Sequence record: NC_043027.1
Origin: Bacillus phage PBS1
Length of the DNA stretch: 32,000 nucleotides
Reading direction: 5' to 3' (one strand)
Each line of letters opens with the position of its first letter. The first letter of the stretch is position 1. The position numbers and the translations under genes were made by a program. Under the pieces are notes generated by a model. The model saw nothing but the letters and a program-made list of their open reading frames with translations, searched no databases and had not been told where the DNA came from. Shown piece by piece: positions 1 to 9,329 of the stretch.

Positions 1-954
1 AGCGGTTGATCCGTCAGTAGTAAATATTTCTACTTCTAAAGTTGAATTAAAACGTGGTCTGAAATTATTTGGTAAGGCAGAAAATGATATTTCAATTTTA
101 TTGTCATCTATAAAAGTGTAATAACAATACTTTTCATCTTCAGGAGGTGTATAAGTGTTATTAAAGTAAGTTTTTAATAATTCACGTTCTCCATTATATG
201 TGTAGTATACATTAAAATAGGCAAGTTGTCCTTGATAGTTAATATCATAAAATAAATTTTCCGATATATCTTCTGATGAGACAGTGATTGAACTGGTATC
301 TTTTTCCATTTGATAAATATCTACACCCATGAAAATATATTTCTCACCATTATAGTTGGCTTCCCATAGTTTTAGATAGGGATTCTTAACTGTAAAAAAT
401 GGAAAAGTAGATTCATCGTACATGTATCTAGCGATTACACTATAATCATTATTAACATTATTTGCCTTAAAGATTAATTGAATTGGAAATGGAATCATGA
501 AATTATAATCCCCAACACTAAGCAAATAATCATTATTTATGATAAACTCATAAGCACTATCAGAATCTGATAGATTCTCATCTGAATCAATTTTTCTAAA
601 TTTTGTACTATTTATAACATCACTTTTCTTTACACTAAAGTTAATCTTCATATGTGATGGTGTTGCCATAGAGATCTGTGAATTTTGTACTTTAGCAAAA
701 TTATAAATAGATTTTGGAATAGATGCTGTGTTTAGGAAATGTTCATCATACAGGATATTTCTATGATAAATATTATTCTTTATCTCATTGGACATAACTT
801 CATTATTATATCCAAATAAACCTGCTTTAAGTAAACTAATACTCACTTCATCATTATCATCAATTCCAAAATATTTTTTAGCGATTTCTAGCCATTTATC
901 CTCAATACTATAAGATGTATTATTGACTGTTATAATACTATTCTCTTCTGCCAT
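1..954 (-). CDS. Uncharacterised protein, C-terminus truncated by the window edge; possibly structural
   Basis: Open reading frame on the minus strand starting MAEENSIITVNNTSYSIEDKWLEIAKKYFG at CAT 952-954, preceded by GGAGG (GGAGGAGACACA). Open to position 1. Not in the supplied ORF track because it is partial. Confidence 0.75.
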   Translation of the reverse strand, partial: MAEENSIITVNNTSYSIEDKWLEIAKKYFGIDDNDEVSISLLKAGLFGYNNEVMSNEIKNNIYHRNILYDEHFLNTASIPKSIYNFAKVQNSQISMATPSHMKINFSVKKSDVINSTKFRKIDSDENLSDSDSAYEFIINNDYLLSVGDYNFMIPFPIQLIFKANNVNNDYSVIARYMYDESTFPFFTVKNPYLKLWEANYNGEKYIFMGVDIYQMEKDTSSITVSSEDISENLFYDINYQGQLAYFNVYYTYNGERELLKTYFNNTYTPPEDEKYCYYTFIDDNKIEISFSALPNNFRPRFNSTLEVEIFTTDGSTA

Positions 955-965
955 TGTGTCTCCTC

Positions 966-1898
966 CTATTTAAAGAATTTAAGTTTAAATGATGTCTTTG
1001 GATGTAGAGAATCATTTTCATAAGGATCAGTTTTAACAACAAGAACTTTAGTTGCTTTCACATTAGATTCAGTAAAGTTATAAGGTAATAAATCATTCGT
1101 TGTATAGGGAATAACACCTTTATTAGAACCTTCAGTTGAATATCTTAACGCTTCAGAATCTAATGTTGCTACTTTATTAAAGTCCATAAGGATTGCTGGA
1201 TCTAGATCTTCTTTGAACGAGTAACTATATTCTACTGATATTTCTGGAATATCATGATCCTTGCCATCAGTTGCTAGGTTAGCATAGGGAACTGAAATAG
1301 GAACTGCACCAGTATATTTAGAGAAATATAAAATAGTCTCACCATCAAAATCTAAAAGAAAGTAGTAAATTGAACTCACATAGTCTAAATATCTCTTTTT
1401 TATAGCATCTTTTGAAGGTGAAAATGTACCACGTCTTACATTTTCAGTATATTCTACCCATGCCTTATGTAACTTAATAATGGGTAGACTTTTATATTCC
1501 TCAAATTTAACAGTAGTAGTATCACCAACTAGACTATCTACAAGTGAAATTGGTAAAGTTTGTTTATATCCATAGAATGTTTCTCCAACATCAATTGTCC
1601 TTGCCGCTAAATCCTTACCATCCATTCCTCTAAATGCATTTGTTAAAATTTTAATAAATGGACTAACTGTTTTTCCATTAGTAGTTAGTGCATTAAAAAG
1701 ATCAGGTTCTAATGTTTCTAAATACATTAGAAAACTATCTCTTCGAGTGTTAAGTTTATCTAGATTTAATTTTGGTGTAGTAATAAAAATGTATGGTATA
1801 CCTTTTACTAATACATCATGATCTTTTGGATCTCCTCTTCTATATACATCATATTCTTTGATTATATCAATATGAGGATATAAGTTGAACTCAGACAT
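966..1898 (-). CDS. Uncharacterised protein (310 aa)
   Basis: Supplied ORF, RBS AGGAGG upstream, same orientation as the neighbouring gene. Confidence 0.85.
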   Translation of the reverse strand: MSEFNLYPHIDIIKEYDVYRRGDPKDHDVLVKGIPYIFITTPKLNLDKLNTRRDSFLMYLETLEPDLFNALTTNGKTVSPFIKILTNAFRGMDGKDLAARTIDVGETFYGYKQTLPISLVDSLVGDTTTVKFEEYKSLPIIKLHKAWVEYTENVRRGTFSPSKDAIKKRYLDYVSSIYYFLLDFDGETILYFSKYTGAVPISVPYANLATDGKDHDIPEISVEYSYSFKEDLDPAILMDFNKVATLDSEALRYSTEGSNKGVIPYTTNDLLPYNFTESNVKATKVLVVKTDPYENDSLHPKTSFKLKFFK

Positions 1899-1924
1899 TT
1901 ATAAACCTCCTAAAAGCGAATCTT

Positions 1925-1936
1925 TATTTAATTGTT
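1925..1936 (-). promoter_or_regulatory. Promoter-like motif AACA(N6)TA (AACAATTAAATA)
   Basis: Sits 27-38 nt upstream of the 966-1898 start; same motif seen upstream of other transcription units. Confidence 0.5.
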
Positions 1937-1960
1937 CTAAGTAAAAGAAAACTCATTTTT

Positions 1961-1975
1961 CAAATATATATTATA
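1961..1975 (+). promoter_or_regulatory. Promoter-like motif CAAATATATATTATA (contains TATATTAT)
   Basis: Same 14-15-mer recurs at 16103-16116(-), 24310-24324(+) and 27372-27385(-). Confidence 0.5.
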
Positions 1976-2245
1976 AGAATGTTGAAGTAAGTAAATATCA
2001 GAGTATATAGACCTTAATAAATCTCTAAATAGGAAGCATACAACCACCTTGATGACGCTTCCGCTTCTTCAACATATAAAGATGGAGGAAGATAAACTCA
2101 TGTTTAAGGCATTAAGAACAGTATTGTCAATCATTGGATTACAATAAATTGGGAACCCTAAAACTAGGTTTATATACTATAACGCCATTAGCGATTAAGT
2201 TCGCTAATGGCAAATAGGTGGTTATATTTTTTTATTTTTTTCTTT
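1976..2245 (+). ncRNA. Candidate small structured RNA with its own promoter-like motif and terminator
   Basis: No ORF in the gap. Stems: GGAAGC 2032-2037/GCTTCC 2057-2062; ATTGT-AATC 2123-2132/GATT-ACAAT 2137-2145; AACC(C)TA/TAGGTT 2154-2170; GCCATTAGCGA 2184-2194/TCGCTAATGGC 2201-2211 followed by ATAAC/GTTAT closure and a T-rich tract. Confidence 0.45.
2184..2242 (+). terminator. 11-bp perfect hairpin followed by T-rich tract
   Basis: GCCATTAGCGA-TTAAGT-TCGCTAATGGC, then GTTATATTTTTTTATTTTTTTC. Confidence 0.6.
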
Positions 2246-2257
2246 TCCTCCTTTGTT

Positions 2258-2269
2258 AACAAATAATTA
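2258..2269 (+). promoter_or_regulatory. Promoter-like motif AACA(N6)TA (AACAAATAATTA)
   Basis: Between the terminator hairpin and the 2322 gene. Confidence 0.5.
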
Positions 2270-2321
2270 ATGCTAAATAAATATCATTTAATAATGATAG
2301 AAAGGAAAGGTTGAGAAACGA

Positions 2322-3584
2322 ATGGATATTAATACACTAATGAATTTTATCTCTGCTTTCGGTTTCGGAAAAGATTTAAATAAAGATAAATCACCGAGAA
2401 CTAAAGATTGGGAGACTGCGGCTGAAATTCTTGGCGCTACAGCTACTGCAAGAAGAGGTAGTATTAAATATAGAGCAAAAGATTTAATTGCTCACTATCC
2501 TGTTTTATTTTCTGATAATCTTACTTCTCATTCAGTACAGCTTGTAAATCGTGCATTAGAACATGAATATGTAAATATGTTAAAGCTACTTATTCAAAAT
2601 GATGGTGCAGACGGTTTTGAAAATACTGCATCATATTTAAAAGGATACCATCAAAATATTAGTCATGATGCAAATCTTGATTCTCATTTATCTAAAAGTA
2701 CAGATGAACTAGAAAGAAGATTTTCAGAGTCTGTAATTACTGAAAATGATTTAAGAGATGCTAATAAAAAATTACTTGAAAGTTTTAGTGATGATTTAAA
2801 CCTTCAAGTATTAAATGATTCTACTGTTAGTAAAGAATATAAAAATTTATTAGAAGATAAAAAAGATGATTCAAATAACAAAAAAGTTGAAAAAGAATTA
2901 TCTGCAAAACCAAAAATTGATAATACAGAAATTAAAAAAGCAAATGAATTAACTCCAACTAATGTTTCTGTGGATATTGATTATGAAACTAATAATGGAA
3001 CAGTTCATAAGACCATTTCATTTGGAGTTAAATGTGTTGCTCACCTTCTTGATTCTCAAGATATCGAGTATTTTCTCCCAAATGCTGTAATTACTAAAAC
3101 ACCAATCATGCGTATGATTCAATGGACATCAGGGGAGATTAAATTCTTTAAAGATTTCTTATTTTCTATTGATGAAATTAAAAGAACTGCTGTTAAATCA
3201 AATGATAAAAATAGCTTCTGGTGGAGAAAACTACAAACAATCTCAAAAGTAGCTCATGCTCGTCCTTCTTTATTTGCATTAAGTAAAGGAAGAAAACTAG
3301 GGAAAGCTCCTATTCCTACCTCTACAATGGTAATCAGTAAAGAAAATGTAGACAATATTCGTCATAAACATGGTATTGATCTTCTTGCAAAACCTTCATT
3401 CGTTAAAAAGATTATGAAGAATTTCTTCTTAATGACTTTTATCATTGTTGATGAAAGTATTGAAACGGTATATATCTTTAATGAAGATACCAGCGATTTC
3501 AGTCATTATTCTTTCAGATCATTAGAAGGTTTCTCAAAACAAAAAAATATTGATATAAAAGATATTTATAGTCTTTTAAAATAA
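2322..3584 (+). CDS. Uncharacterised protein (420 aa)
   Basis: Supplied ORF, RBS AAGGAAAGG upstream of ATG. Confidence 0.85.
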   Translation: MDINTLMNFISAFGFGKDLNKDKSPRTKDWETAAEILGATATARRGSIKYRAKDLIAHYPVLFSDNLTSHSVQLVNRALEHEYVNMLKLLIQNDGADGFENTASYLKGYHQNISHDANLDSHLSKSTDELERRFSESVITENDLRDANKKLLESFSDDLNLQVLNDSTVSKEYKNLLEDKKDDSNNKKVEKELSAKPKIDNTEIKKANELTPTNVSVDIDYETNNGTVHKTISFGVKCVAHLLDSQDIEYFLPNAVITKTPIMRMIQWTSGEIKFFKDFLFSIDEIKRTAVKSNDKNSFWWRKLQTISKVAHARPSLFALSKGRKLGKAPIPTSTMVISKENVDNIRHKHGIDLLAKPSFVKKIMKNFFLMTFIIVDESIETVYIFNEDTSDFSHYSFRSLEGFSKQKNIDIKDIYSLLK

Positions 3585-3599
3585 AAGAGGTGAGTATAT

Positions 3600-4634
3600 A
3601 TGTTTTTTGAAAAGAAAACCACTCTATTAGAACAAAATGATGAATTTTTAGGTGGAATTCTTATTCGTGAAGATAGCGAATGGAGTAAGTACAAAATTCA
3701 AAGTTTAGCTGAAGATATTAAATCTGATGTTACAGACCGTGTTGTCACAAACTTATTTAGTGACATTAAATCAAAAGCACTTAGTGTTGATTTCGCTATA
3801 GTTGATAAGTCAAAGGGTGATATCACTCGCCTAGCTAATTACAATACTATTTCTAATGCTATTTCCTTTATTAAAAAAGGAGTTAGTGGACAAAGTGATG
3901 ACGCTCAAATTGTCAAAGCTGTGAGTCAGCTTGAATTCACTTTAAATACTCTTATTAAATATAAAAAAGATTTTCAGCGTGGATTTATGTTAAATGATTC
4001 AATTACTCGTTACCTGTATAATTCTATCGTTATTGCTATTATTCAAGGAACTTCCTATTTGGTTTCAGAGACTGTCCAGCTAACAAAAGATAATCTAAAT
4101 TTGTATAATGTCACTTATAGAGATTCCAAAGAAATCTTTAATAACAATCACATTAAATCAATCTCAGTATTTAATCAATTGGAACGAAAAGGTCAGCTGG
4201 TTAAGTTATTTAAAGAATCACATAACTTGGCTGAAAATACTTTAATCAACATTGGTAAAGATGTATTGAAGCGCCTATCTGATCTTGGTGGAGTTACTAA
4301 GTGGATTGCAATTCTTGGTTTAATTGGATTTTCTTTGACCTTTATTAGAAGTATTATTTTCTTGTATTTCAATTCAAGAGTTAAATTATCTCAGTATCTT
4401 ACACATTTAAAAGATTTTGTTGAAATGAATTCATCAACTCTTGAACATGATGCTAAAAAAGTAAGAGAACGTCAAGAAAAAATTGCTCAAGCTCTTGGAA
4501 AATTATCTGATCGAATTCGAGTTGACCAAAACGTAGCAAATGACAGAGCAAATAGTCAAATTGAAGAATCAAATAAAATTATTGCTATTGATAACAGCCC
4601 ATCTAATAATAGCACTAGTTTAGATTTATATTAA
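3600..4634 (+). CDS. Uncharacterised protein with a predicted transmembrane segment (344 aa)
   Basis: Supplied ORF; hydrophobic stretch WIAILGLIGFSLTFIRSIIFLYF near residues 235-260; RBS AGAGGTG. Confidence 0.85.
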   Translation: MFFEKKTTLLEQNDEFLGGILIREDSEWSKYKIQSLAEDIKSDVTDRVVTNLFSDIKSKALSVDFAIVDKSKGDITRLANYNTISNAISFIKKGVSGQSDDAQIVKAVSQLEFTLNTLIKYKKDFQRGFMLNDSITRYLYNSIVIAIIQGTSYLVSETVQLTKDNLNLYNVTYRDSKEIFNNNHIKSISVFNQLERKGQLVKLFKESHNLAENTLINIGKDVLKRLSDLGGVTKWIAILGLIGFSLTFIRSIIFLYFNSRVKLSQYLTHLKDFVEMNSSTLEHDAKKVRERQEKIAQALGKLSDRIRVDQNVANDRANSQIEESNKIIAIDNSPSNNSTSLDLY

Positions 4635-4651
4635 AATTATAAATACAAATA

Positions 4652-4663
4652 AACATATAATTA
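4652..4663 (+). promoter_or_regulatory. Promoter-like motif AACA(N6)TA (AACATATAATTA)
   Basis: 45-56 nt upstream of the 4708 start. Confidence 0.45.
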
Positions 4664-4707
4664 GTAAAATTAAATAATAACCTAATTCCGAAGGGAGAAA
4701 ATAAATA

Positions 4708-5826
4708 ATGAAAAATCTGTTTCTATTAGAAGATGTTGAGTTGGATGAAACAAAAGAAGAGGAAAAAGAAGTTGTAACTGAAGCAGTTATTGAAGATAAA
4801 ACTGGTCTTATTGCTCTTACTCTTGAGGCTGAAATGAGCTGGAATAACCTTCATACTGAAATCGTCAAAGAAGAATTTCAAGCAATCATGAAAGAAGATG
4901 AAGAACAGGCAACTAAAAGTCGTTCAGAATTCTTCAAGAAAGCAATTGCTTTCTTCCAAGAATTATGGAAAAAATTTGTACAAGTTATTCGGAATCTAGT
5001 ATCTCGTCTTCAAGTACAGTTTACTAATGGGGAAAAATTCTTAGCTTCTCGTAAGGAAAAATTAGCTCGTTATCAAGGTGATAAAACTGTTTCTATCTAC
5101 AATTGGAAAGTTAAAGGAATGCTTGGAATTGCTAAAGAATTCCCAACTAATCGTTTAGGTGGCAGTCTTGTAGGAGCTATTAATCAAGCCGCTAAGAGTG
5201 GAAAAGCTGTTTCAGCTGATGAAATTGCTAAAGGATTAGGTTTTGAATCCTTCTCTGCTATTGATAAAGGTGTAGTTGCTAAAGCTCGTGGAAATGAAAA
5301 AGTTGAAGTTAAAGTTAGTCCACAAGTTCTTTCATCTGCGGCTAATGATGTCAAATCTGCTAAACAAATTCTAGGTATTGTTAATCAACTTGGAAAACAA
5401 TCTCAAGGAATCATCCAAGAAGGACGTAAAGCGGCTACCGCTGGCTTAAATGCAAAAGATCCTCAAGATCAACAAAAACAAAGTGCGGCTGTTCAAACTG
5501 CAAAAGCAGCTCAATCAGTTCTTAACAAAGTACTAAATGTATTTGTTAAACTTGAAGTTGAGTGTTATGGAGATTCTATGCGTATTGTTTCTGCGGCTAC
5601 TTCTGGTGGAAGTGCAGGAATGAAAGCTGATAAAAAGGCTTCTAAAAATGCGGCTAAAGGAAAACGTGGAAACGAACTAGCAGTAAGTGAAGATGTTGAA
5701 CTTGATGAAGAACAACCAATTCTTACTCTTGAAGATTTTGAAGAAGATGAAGAAACAAAAGAAGAAGAGATTGCACTAGAAGATCTAGAGGATCTCAATT
5801 TAGAAGATCTAGAAGAAATTGAATAA
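4708..5826 (+). CDS. Uncharacterised acidic-tailed protein (372 aa), paralogue of the next gene; possible virion/internal protein
   Basis: Supplied ORF; LEAEM motif and helical N-terminal domain shared with the 5894 product; acidic E/D-rich ends. Confidence 0.85.
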   Translation: MKNLFLLEDVELDETKEEEKEVVTEAVIEDKTGLIALTLEAEMSWNNLHTEIVKEEFQAIMKEDEEQATKSRSEFFKKAIAFFQELWKKFVQVIRNLVSRLQVQFTNGEKFLASRKEKLARYQGDKTVSIYNWKVKGMLGIAKEFPTNRLGGSLVGAINQAAKSGKAVSADEIAKGLGFESFSAIDKGVVAKARGNEKVEVKVSPQVLSSAANDVKSAKQILGIVNQLGKQSQGIIQEGRKAATAGLNAKDPQDQQKQSAAVQTAKAAQSVLNKVLNVFVKLEVECYGDSMRIVSAATSGGSAGMKADKKASKNAAKGKRGNELAVSEDVELDEEQPILTLEDFEEDEETKEEEIALEDLEDLNLEDLEEIE

Positions 5827-5834
5827 TATAAATG

Positions 5835-5869
5835 AGGATACGATTCTAATATGAATCGTATCCTTTTTA
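5835..5869 (+). terminator. 12-bp perfect hairpin plus T tract
   Basis: AGGATACGATTC-TAATAT-GAATCGTATCCT followed by TTTT. Confidence 0.8.
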
Positions 5870-5893
5870 ATAAAGTATAAGGGGGAATTATTA

Positions 5894-6784
5894 ATGGAAT
5901 TTTTAAATGACTCAATAATGACAACTGATATATTAGAAGCAGAAATGAATTTTAATAATATCTATCATGAACTTTTATCTGAGGAAATTAGTTTATTTCT
6001 AAATGAGGATGACCCTATTGATCACAATCCAAATCCTACTGACTATAAAATGAGGATAAAAGAAGTTGCAAATAAATTGTTGCAAGCCATAATAGATATT
6101 TGGATTGCTTTTATATCTAGAATTAAAGATGTAGTAAATAAAATTATTATCCATATGAAATTAGCAGATAAATTTATGGATCAAAATAGAAAATATCTTC
6201 AAGAATTTGAAAAGACAAATATGTATTTTTCAGATAAAAAGATTAAAGTAAGTCCACTATTATTTGATCATCGAAGATTTGATACCGTAATGAATGCTGT
6301 TAGATCAGTTAAGATTGTTTCTGATGATATTATGAAGGTAAAAATTAGACCAGAGGATATTAGTAAGGATACCATTCAGAAAGAATTAAGTATGAAATTA
6401 AGTAATGCTAAAAAAGAAATCAATAAAATGATTGTTGAAAAAGAAGAAGTAACACCAAATAAAGATTTATATGAAAAAAGTAAATTATTCTTACTTAAAG
6501 GTTATGATAGTTTAGTAGCTGAATTTAGTAAAATGTATAAGACTACAGATTCAATTATTAGAACTAGTAAAAATAATTTTATAAGTAAATTTAATGTTGA
6601 TACTTCTACAAGAGATGGAAAATTAGCTGTTAATGGTTATATTGAAATCTCAAGAATGTGTGTTTCAACTGTTATTGAATGTTATTCTAGAATGCTTAGT
6701 CTCTTGAATCAATTATATACTGATTCATTTACAGTATGTAGGATGACAGTAGCTGAAGTTAAAAAAAGAAGAAATAATGACTAA
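5894..6784 (+). CDS. Uncharacterised protein (296 aa), paralogue of the 4708 product
   Basis: Supplied ORF; RBS AGGGGG; N-terminal region alignable by eye to the 4708 product. Confidence 0.85.
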   Translation: MEFLNDSIMTTDILEAEMNFNNIYHELLSEEISLFLNEDDPIDHNPNPTDYKMRIKEVANKLLQAIIDIWIAFISRIKDVVNKIIIHMKLADKFMDQNRKYLQEFEKTNMYFSDKKIKVSPLLFDHRRFDTVMNAVRSVKIVSDDIMKVKIRPEDISKDTIQKELSMKLSNAKKEINKMIVEKEEVTPNKDLYEKSKLFLLKGYDSLVAEFSKMYKTTDSIIRTSKNNFISKFNVDTSTRDGKLAVNGYIEISRMCVSTVIECYSRMLSLLNQLYTDSFTVCRMTVAEVKKRRNND

Positions 6785-6798
6785 TGTCATTATTTCTT
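6769..6798. terminator. 13-bp hairpin overlapping both convergent stop codons, probably bidirectional
   Basis: AAGAAATAATGAC-TAAT-GTCATTATTTCTT with A-run/T-run flanks. Confidence 0.75.
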
Positions 6799-7980
6799 TT
6801 TAAAGTATAATTTAGCCTGTAAGTCTGAATATCCATTACTTCCTACATTAAATATAGAACTAGATTTTAGAATATGATATTCCCCACTATAGTTACTGTA
6901 GTTATTAGCGGCAAAATTAAAATAAAATTGGTTATTACATGATATAGCATCTATATCAATAGCGTCTAAAGTGCATGTCAAAAAAATTCCTTTTTTAGAA
7001 TTTGTTACAATTTCCTTTTCTTTATGCTTATTATTATACCTATTATAATAAACTCTTGTTTTAATTTCATTAGTACCATAATCATTTCTCACAATATCGC
7101 TGTTACTTTGAGAAATAATAATATTATGAGTACCAAGGAATTCTTTTCTAGAATCAGAATAGTTTATAAATTTTATATTAGAGATATGAACTTTAGCTGA
7201 GTAGAAATCTCCAGATTCTGTTACTGTATCATTATAGAATAATGAATCTCCTTCAGCAGTATCACTAACAACCTTTATATGAGTATTTTTATATTTACCT
7301 TCTAATACAGGTAAATTAGAATTATCATGTTTATTAATAATATAATATGCATTAAAATCTAGGAATATTCTTAGTCCATAATTATATATTCCATAAACAG
7401 TATCAAGATATTTCATTGATCTAATAATATTATTAGGAGGTAGTATAATTTGATCATATATAATTTGATTATCTGGTTTTTCAAATATAATTGGTTTTGA
7501 TGGAAATTTTTGTGCAAGATATAAAATTGTACTCTCAATATCAGAGTCTTTTAAAACTGTGTTAACTAGTCTTTTATTATTCGATAAATCTTCTTCACTC
7601 ATTAATAAAAAAGTAGTTCTTAAACTAGGAATCTGATCAGTAACACTATTTAAACCTTCAGGCATATTAATTGGAGAAATATCCTTATCAACTGGTATAA
7701 AAATTTTATTTTTCATATAATACGTAAAGATAGTTGTATCATTACTCTCCAAATTTTCATGTTTGTATTTTTTAATAGTTATTGAGAATTTACATGAATC
7801 ATTTTTCTGAATTAGATAATAACTTTCAAAATCTAATTCTACATTTAATCTTAAAATAGGAAATACATTATTATCATAATCATTAATTATTTCTATGCTC
7901 CTAAACATACTGTCTAATACTATTGGATTATCAATTCCGTCAATGGCAACAAATCCTTCTATTAAATAAGAAGCATCCAT
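6790..7980 (-). CDS. Uncharacterised protein, possibly baseplate/tail associated
   Basis: Supplied ORF 6790..8034; more likely start is MDASYLIEG at 7978-7980 behind GGAGGTAATTATA. Beta-rich composition; the tail assignment is only a guess. Confidence 0.75.
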   Translation of the reverse strand: MDASYLIEGFVAIDGIDNPIVLDSMFRSIEIINDYDNNVFPILRLNVELDFESYYLIQKNDSCKFSITIKKYKHENLESNDTTIFTYYMKNKIFIPVDKDISPINMPEGLNSVTDQIPSLRTTFLLMSEEDLSNNKRLVNTVLKDSDIESTILYLAQKFPSKPIIFEKPDNQIIYDQIILPPNNIIRSMKYLDTVYGIYNYGLRIFLDFNAYYIINKHDNSNLPVLEGKYKNTHIKVVSDTAEGDSLFYNDTVTESGDFYSAKVHISNIKFINYSDSRKEFLGTHNIIISQSNSDIVRNDYGTNEIKTRVYYNRYNNKHKEKEIVTNSKKGIFLTCTLDAIDIDAISCNNQFYFNFAANNYSNYSGEYHILKSSSIFNVGSNGYSDLQAKLYFKKK

Positions 7981-8002
7981 TATAATTACCTCCTTATAAA
8001 AA

Positions 8003-8028
8003 AAAAAGATAGCAAACGCTATCTTTTT
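8003..8028 (-). terminator. 11-bp perfect hairpin with T-run on the minus strand
   Basis: AAAAAGATAGC-AAAC-GCTATCTTTTT preceded on the plus strand by further A residues (a T-run for minus-strand transcription). Confidence 0.8.
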
Positions 8029-8201
8029 AAACATTTACAATCTTTATCACATAGTGAATGTAAACTATGATTTTCTTCTCTTAATTTATCTCTCTCTTTT
8101 TTAATATTAGAAAAATGAAATAAATGAAGAAATATTAACATTAAAATCAGAATTGTAATAAAACGAATTACAATATATTTCATAATACTATTATTATTCA
8201 T
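8019..8201 (-). CDS. Small single-pass membrane protein with Cys-rich C-terminus (60 aa)
   Basis: Re-started from the supplied ORF at MNNNSIMKYIVIRFITILILMLIFLHLF, RBS GAAGGGGA upstream; ends CDKDCKCLKR. Confidence 0.65.
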   Translation of the reverse strand: MNNNSIMKYIVIRFITILILMLIFLHLFHFSNIKKERDKLREENHSLHSLCDKDCKCLKR

Positions 8202-9327
8202 ACTTTTCCCCTTCAAAAACATACTCCAATAAGATTGGATATCTGTCAAAATATTTACTATTTACAAATTTAACTGATTCTGCATCAATACGATCGAATA
8301 ATTGTGATTCAATATTGATTATATCTTTGTTACTAAAATTATAAAGATTGTTATTTAATAGTTGCATATTCTTATATAACTCTTTTAAATTTTCCTCACC
8401 TAATTCATCTCTTAAACCATTCAATAGATCTGTATTATTATATTCAATATTCTTTAATATATTATTATCAATACATTTTTGAATAAAATTAAGAGCCTTA
8501 ATATTCCCCATTTTCTTAATACTACTGATATCATAGTCTTTATATCCTGTAAGAGAAACCAATAATGAATACATATCTGGGAGAATAGAGAAATAATAAT
8601 CCTTTTTACTTTTTTCTAGGAGGATATCAATAATATCTTCTGATGCCACAAATCTTGATTTTTCTTTTCCTCTAAGTTCTAATTGAAGAATTCTGTCTTG
8701 TAAGTTTAAATCTTGATAATGAATTTTTTCATTTGAAATAATTATATTCATATCATTCTTATTAATAATATTTTGTTTAAGTCTTGAGTTTTCAGATAAG
8801 AATAAATGCGGTACTAATCTTGGATCCATTTCATCTGTTTTGATAAAGTAGGCATGTGGTACATATTCACAAAATAATTTAATAATATGAACATTTTTCT
8901 TAACCATATTATTAAATAAACCAAAAGTCTGATTTTTATCATCTAATCTTTTTTCATAAAAAGAACTTCTATAGTTTTTATCAATATTAGTTAATCTTGT
9001 ATCCCTCTTATCAGAATAATAGAAGACAAAGTTAGTATACATTTTTAATCTGGAATAAAAGAAATGTCTATAATGTCCAATAATATTAATAACTTCTGAA
9101 GCAATCATAAATCTTTCTCTCTGTTTTAATGAATTCATTGTTTCTAGAGTTTGTGGATTGTATAATGACTTAACTATATCCCAAAAATCAATAAAAATAT
9201 TAACAGTATTATATTCTCTATCAGTACCAGTTATAATTGTTTTATTATTAATATATGGTTTGACTAAAGGCATTAAAGTGTCATAGCTTAATTTCTTGGA
9301 ATGAAGAATTTTTTCTAATAATAACAT
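8194..9327 (-). CDS. Uncharacterised protein (377 aa)
   Basis: Supplied ORF, downstream of the deaminase gene in the same orientation. Confidence 0.8.
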   Translation of the reverse strand: MLLLEKILHSKKLSYDTLMPLVKPYINNKTIITGTDREYNTVNIFIDFWDIVKSLYNPQTLETMNSLKQRERFMIASEVINIIGHYRHFFYSRLKMYTNFVFYYSDKRDTRLTNIDKNYRSSFYEKRLDDKNQTFGLFNNMVKKNVHIIKLFCEYVPHAYFIKTDEMDPRLVPHLFLSENSRLKQNIINKNDMNIIISNEKIHYQDLNLQDRILQLELRGKEKSRFVASEDIIDILLEKSKKDYYFSILPDMYSLLVSLTGYKDYDISSIKKMGNIKALNFIQKCIDNNILKNIEYNNTDLLNGLRDELGEENLKELYKNMQLLNNNLYNFSNKDIINIESQLFDRIDAESVKFVNSKYFDRYPILLEYVFEGEKYE

Positions 9328-9329
9328 TT

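Noticed and set aside
5565-5924. 119-aa minus-strand ORF
   Set aside because: Fully antisense to the acidic-tail gene; serine-rich translation is the mirror of GAA/GAT repeats and there is no RBS context.
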